This document shows, in pieces, positions 58,689 to 64,000 of a DNA stretch of 64,000 bases. A program made the translations under genes and the position numbers. This DNA comes from the human T2T-CHM13v2.0 reference genome, Homo sapiens: NCBI RefSeq assembly GCF_009914755.1, contig NC_060938.1. The stretch is one strand, 5' to 3'. The notes beneath the pieces were generated by a model. It had not been told where the DNA came from, did no database searches, and saw only the letters and a program-made list of their open reading frames with translations. Each line of letters starts with the position of its first letter. The stretch's first letter is position 1.

Positions 58689-59183
58689 CCCACTGCTGGT
58701 TTTTGATAGAATCAAGTTGCTAAAGAGACCTGAGCCTGGCTGCAGAAGGCCTGGGCCCCAGGACTGCACCAGCAGGAAGAGACTTTGGGAAAAGCCAGCC
58801 CAGGAGGGCGGACACCCTAACGCTTATCCCGAAGGAGAGGGACCAGCAGGCCCATCCCGGGAAGTAAAGCCAGCACCCTGGGCCCGTGGACGAGGGGTCT
58901 TAGCTGAGAGCGCAACGCGTGTGGGCCAGGGTCTCCTCCGAGGACGGCCTCACTGGTGCCCTTTGTGGATGGGGCCTTCTACTGAGCGGCCCTGCAGGGC
59001 GTCACCCTTGTACCCGGGGGCCAGGTGGGCAGGCGGCTCTTGTCCGGCATGTAATGGAGAAACTGCAGCCCTTGCAGATCCTGGAGTGCGCAGGAACTAG
59101 TGGAATGTGGCAGCCACTGCCAGCCCCTCCCTCCAGTCACTTCTTGGGGTCTGTTTGTGACAGCAGCTGGCATTGTCCTAACT

Positions 59184-60339
<1,156 letters not shown>

Positions 60340-60347
60340 CGTCCTAA

Positions 60348-60897
<550 letters not shown>

Positions 60898-62133
60898 AAT
60901 GTTGTTGTGTTTTAAGCTCCATCCTCTAAGGTGCGCCTGCAGCGACTCACTGCTTCCAACTCCCGCACACGTCCAGTGGGGAGCATTTAGGCAACTACCC
61001 ACCCACTCTCCACAGACAGGTACCTGGCTGCCCCCCGCTCCCTGCCACACAAAAGACGCAGCTCTCAGGTGGGCCCAAGGGATCAGGCCACAGAAAAGGA
61101 GGGCTTGTGGTCCTTCCCTTGGTCGGGGACGTGCCGTGACTCCCCGAGTGGCCTTTCTGGCCCGTACTCCTGTCTGGCTCCTACCTCCTGGGTCCCGGCC
61201 CTCCCTCCCTCAGCGTTTTCTAGCGTTTGCGGGTTTGCCAGCAGAGCGTCAGGTGGTCTCTGCGTCTAATTTCCATCTCTCTGAGTATTGACCGTGAGCA
61301 TCTTTCACACACTTGCTTCGTTTCTGGGTTTCCTCTTCTGTGAGCTGCCTGGTCATACCCTTTGATCGTTTTTCTTTTGGGACCTGCTGTCTTTTACAAA
61401 TTGAGTGGCAGGAACTCCTTGAAAATTCAAGATAGGGATCTCTCAGTGGTTTTACACACTATAAATAGCTTCTCCCATTCTGTCGTCTGGTTAAAGATTT
61501 GCCTATGGTTACCCAGAAAATTTTAACTTTGCTATAATCAAATTCGTCTTTTTTTTTTTTGACTCTTGGTTTCACCTTAGCATTTTGTGAAAACGAGCTT
61601 CCCTCTCCCAGTCCTCCTTCTCCCAGTTTCCTTCTGTCACTTCTCCCTGTAGCACTTAGGTCTTCCGTTCGTCCACAGCCCACCTCCGCAGGTGCTCTCA
61701 TGTCGAAACCAGTTTTTCTCCATAGGGTGAGCCGCTTCCCAAGACCATCTCCTGGGAGCTCTGCCCTCCTCACAGTCCACGCTGTCGCTGTCATCCACGT
61801 CGGCTCCTGTCCGTGCAGGGGTCTTGCCCCGACCTCCCTTCTGATCCAGCAGGCTGTTCCTCACCAATACCACATGGCGTGATTACCCTGCATGTCATCA
61901 GGGTTCAAGCAGAGTAGCCGAGCCGGTGGGGGCTGTGATACATAGGAAGGGTGGGGTGCGTGTGAGGCTGGCATGGGGGAGGCTGCGATTGTCAGGGTTT
62001 ACCTTTGCCGTCTTGCTGACGCACACTCAGCAGCCCTGGTGACAGTGGGCGTCCTTGTTCTCAGTCTCAGAGGGCAGGCGTCTAAAGTTTGTCCATGAAG
62101 TATGACACTTGCTGGGTGCTTTGGCCACATAAC

Positions 62134-62441
<308 letters not shown>

Positions 62442-62961
62442 AATGAGTTTTGACTCTCTTTTTTTTCCACGTGAAAAGGGTCCGAGTACCACTTGTGGAA
62501 AAGACCCTGCTCTCCTGCCACCCTGTGTGCCGCTTGGTACCGCCCTGGTGTCCATCTTCGTCTTGGGTCTTCCTTCTTTCCCTTTGGGAAGCCCACATGG
62601 TGTTCATGACTCCAGCCGTCTCTCGGGCTCCATGTAGGGCAGGGAGGGTGTGTTGTCCACTCTCGCCTATGTCGGGAGCCCTGGGACTCTTCTCGACGCC
62701 TCATATTTCATAGACATTGTAGAATCCGTTTGTCGAATATTAGGCAAAGAACTATTGGGATTTTACTTGGGATGACGTGGAATCCATAGATCAGTTTGAG
62801 AACTGATGTCTTTAGAATGTTAATGCTGGCTCTTCTGCCTTACAAACACACTTCTCCGTGGGTTAGGTGTTCATTAATGTTTTATAGTTTCCTGGATATA
62901 GGTATTATACTTCTTTTGTTAGATTTGTTTCTCAGTATTTGGTCTTTTTGAAATATTGTAA

Positions 62962-63024
62962 GATATATATATATATCTTATATATAGATATCTCATATAT
63001 ATACACACACACACACCCACACCC
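62962..63024. repeat. (TA)n/(CA)n microsatellite
   Basis: atatatatatatatc...atatatatacacacacacacac. Confidence 0.85.
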
Positions 63025-63156
63025 ATTTCATATTTACATTTCATTTTCTAACTCTGTTGAAAATTGTAGAAACCCGAAACTGATTTCTGCATTTTGACCT
63101 GGTTTAGCGAGTCTTGCTAAACTCACTTATTAATACTAAAAAATTTATCTCTGGAT

Positions 63157-63451
63157 TTTTTTTTTTTTTTATGAGACAGGGTCTCACTCCGTCACCCAGG
63201 CTGGAGTGCAGTGGTGTGATCTCAGCTGACTGTAACCTCTGCCTCCGCTTCCCAGGTTCAAGCGATTCTCATGCCTCAGCCTCCTGAGAAGCTGGGACTA
63301 TAGGCACCCACCACCACGCCCAGCTAATTTTTGTAAATTTTGTATTTTTTGCTAGAGATGGGGTTTCACCATGTTGTCCAGGTTGGTCTCAAACTCTTGA
63401 CCTCAAGTGATCTGCCCGCCTCGGCCTCCCAAAGAGCCACCGTGCCCAGCC
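63157..63451 (-). mobile_element. Alu, antisense
   Basis: Poly-T and reverse consensus. Confidence 0.93.
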
Positions 63452-63453
63452 TA

Positions 63454-64000
<547 letters not shown>

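Overview
Human (or very closely related primate) genomic DNA from the GC-rich 14q32.33 cluster. It holds four tandem + strand genes, all reconstructed exon by exon from GT-AG boundaries: the 3' part of MTA1 (exons 4-21, NuRD subunit, completing the 715-aa frame), CRIP2 (208 aa, plus an upstream alternative first coding exon), CRIP1 (77 aa) and TEDC1/C14orf80 (495 aa). The last ~10 kb are Alu/L1/MER-rich and gene-free. There is no prokaryotic-type system, and most ORFs in the supplied track are artefacts of high GC content, tandem repeats and Alus. The strongest candidates for something under-described are: (1) a 12-nt in-frame MTA1 microexon whose last 10 nt are identical to U1 snRNA nt 3-12 and complementary to its own 5' splice site, lying in a splicing-regulatory cluster with triplicated donors; (2) a ~29-bp minisatellite that builds an array of 8 inverted CCAAT/NF-Y boxes at the TEDC1 promoter; (3) a ~2.4-kb G-quadruplex/UG-rich VNTR in CRIP2 intron 1; (4) a 62-bp minisatellite born inside an Alu through a visible microhomology. 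Gene identities and isoform names rest on recalled protein sequences. Repeat boundaries are approximate, and no database search was run.
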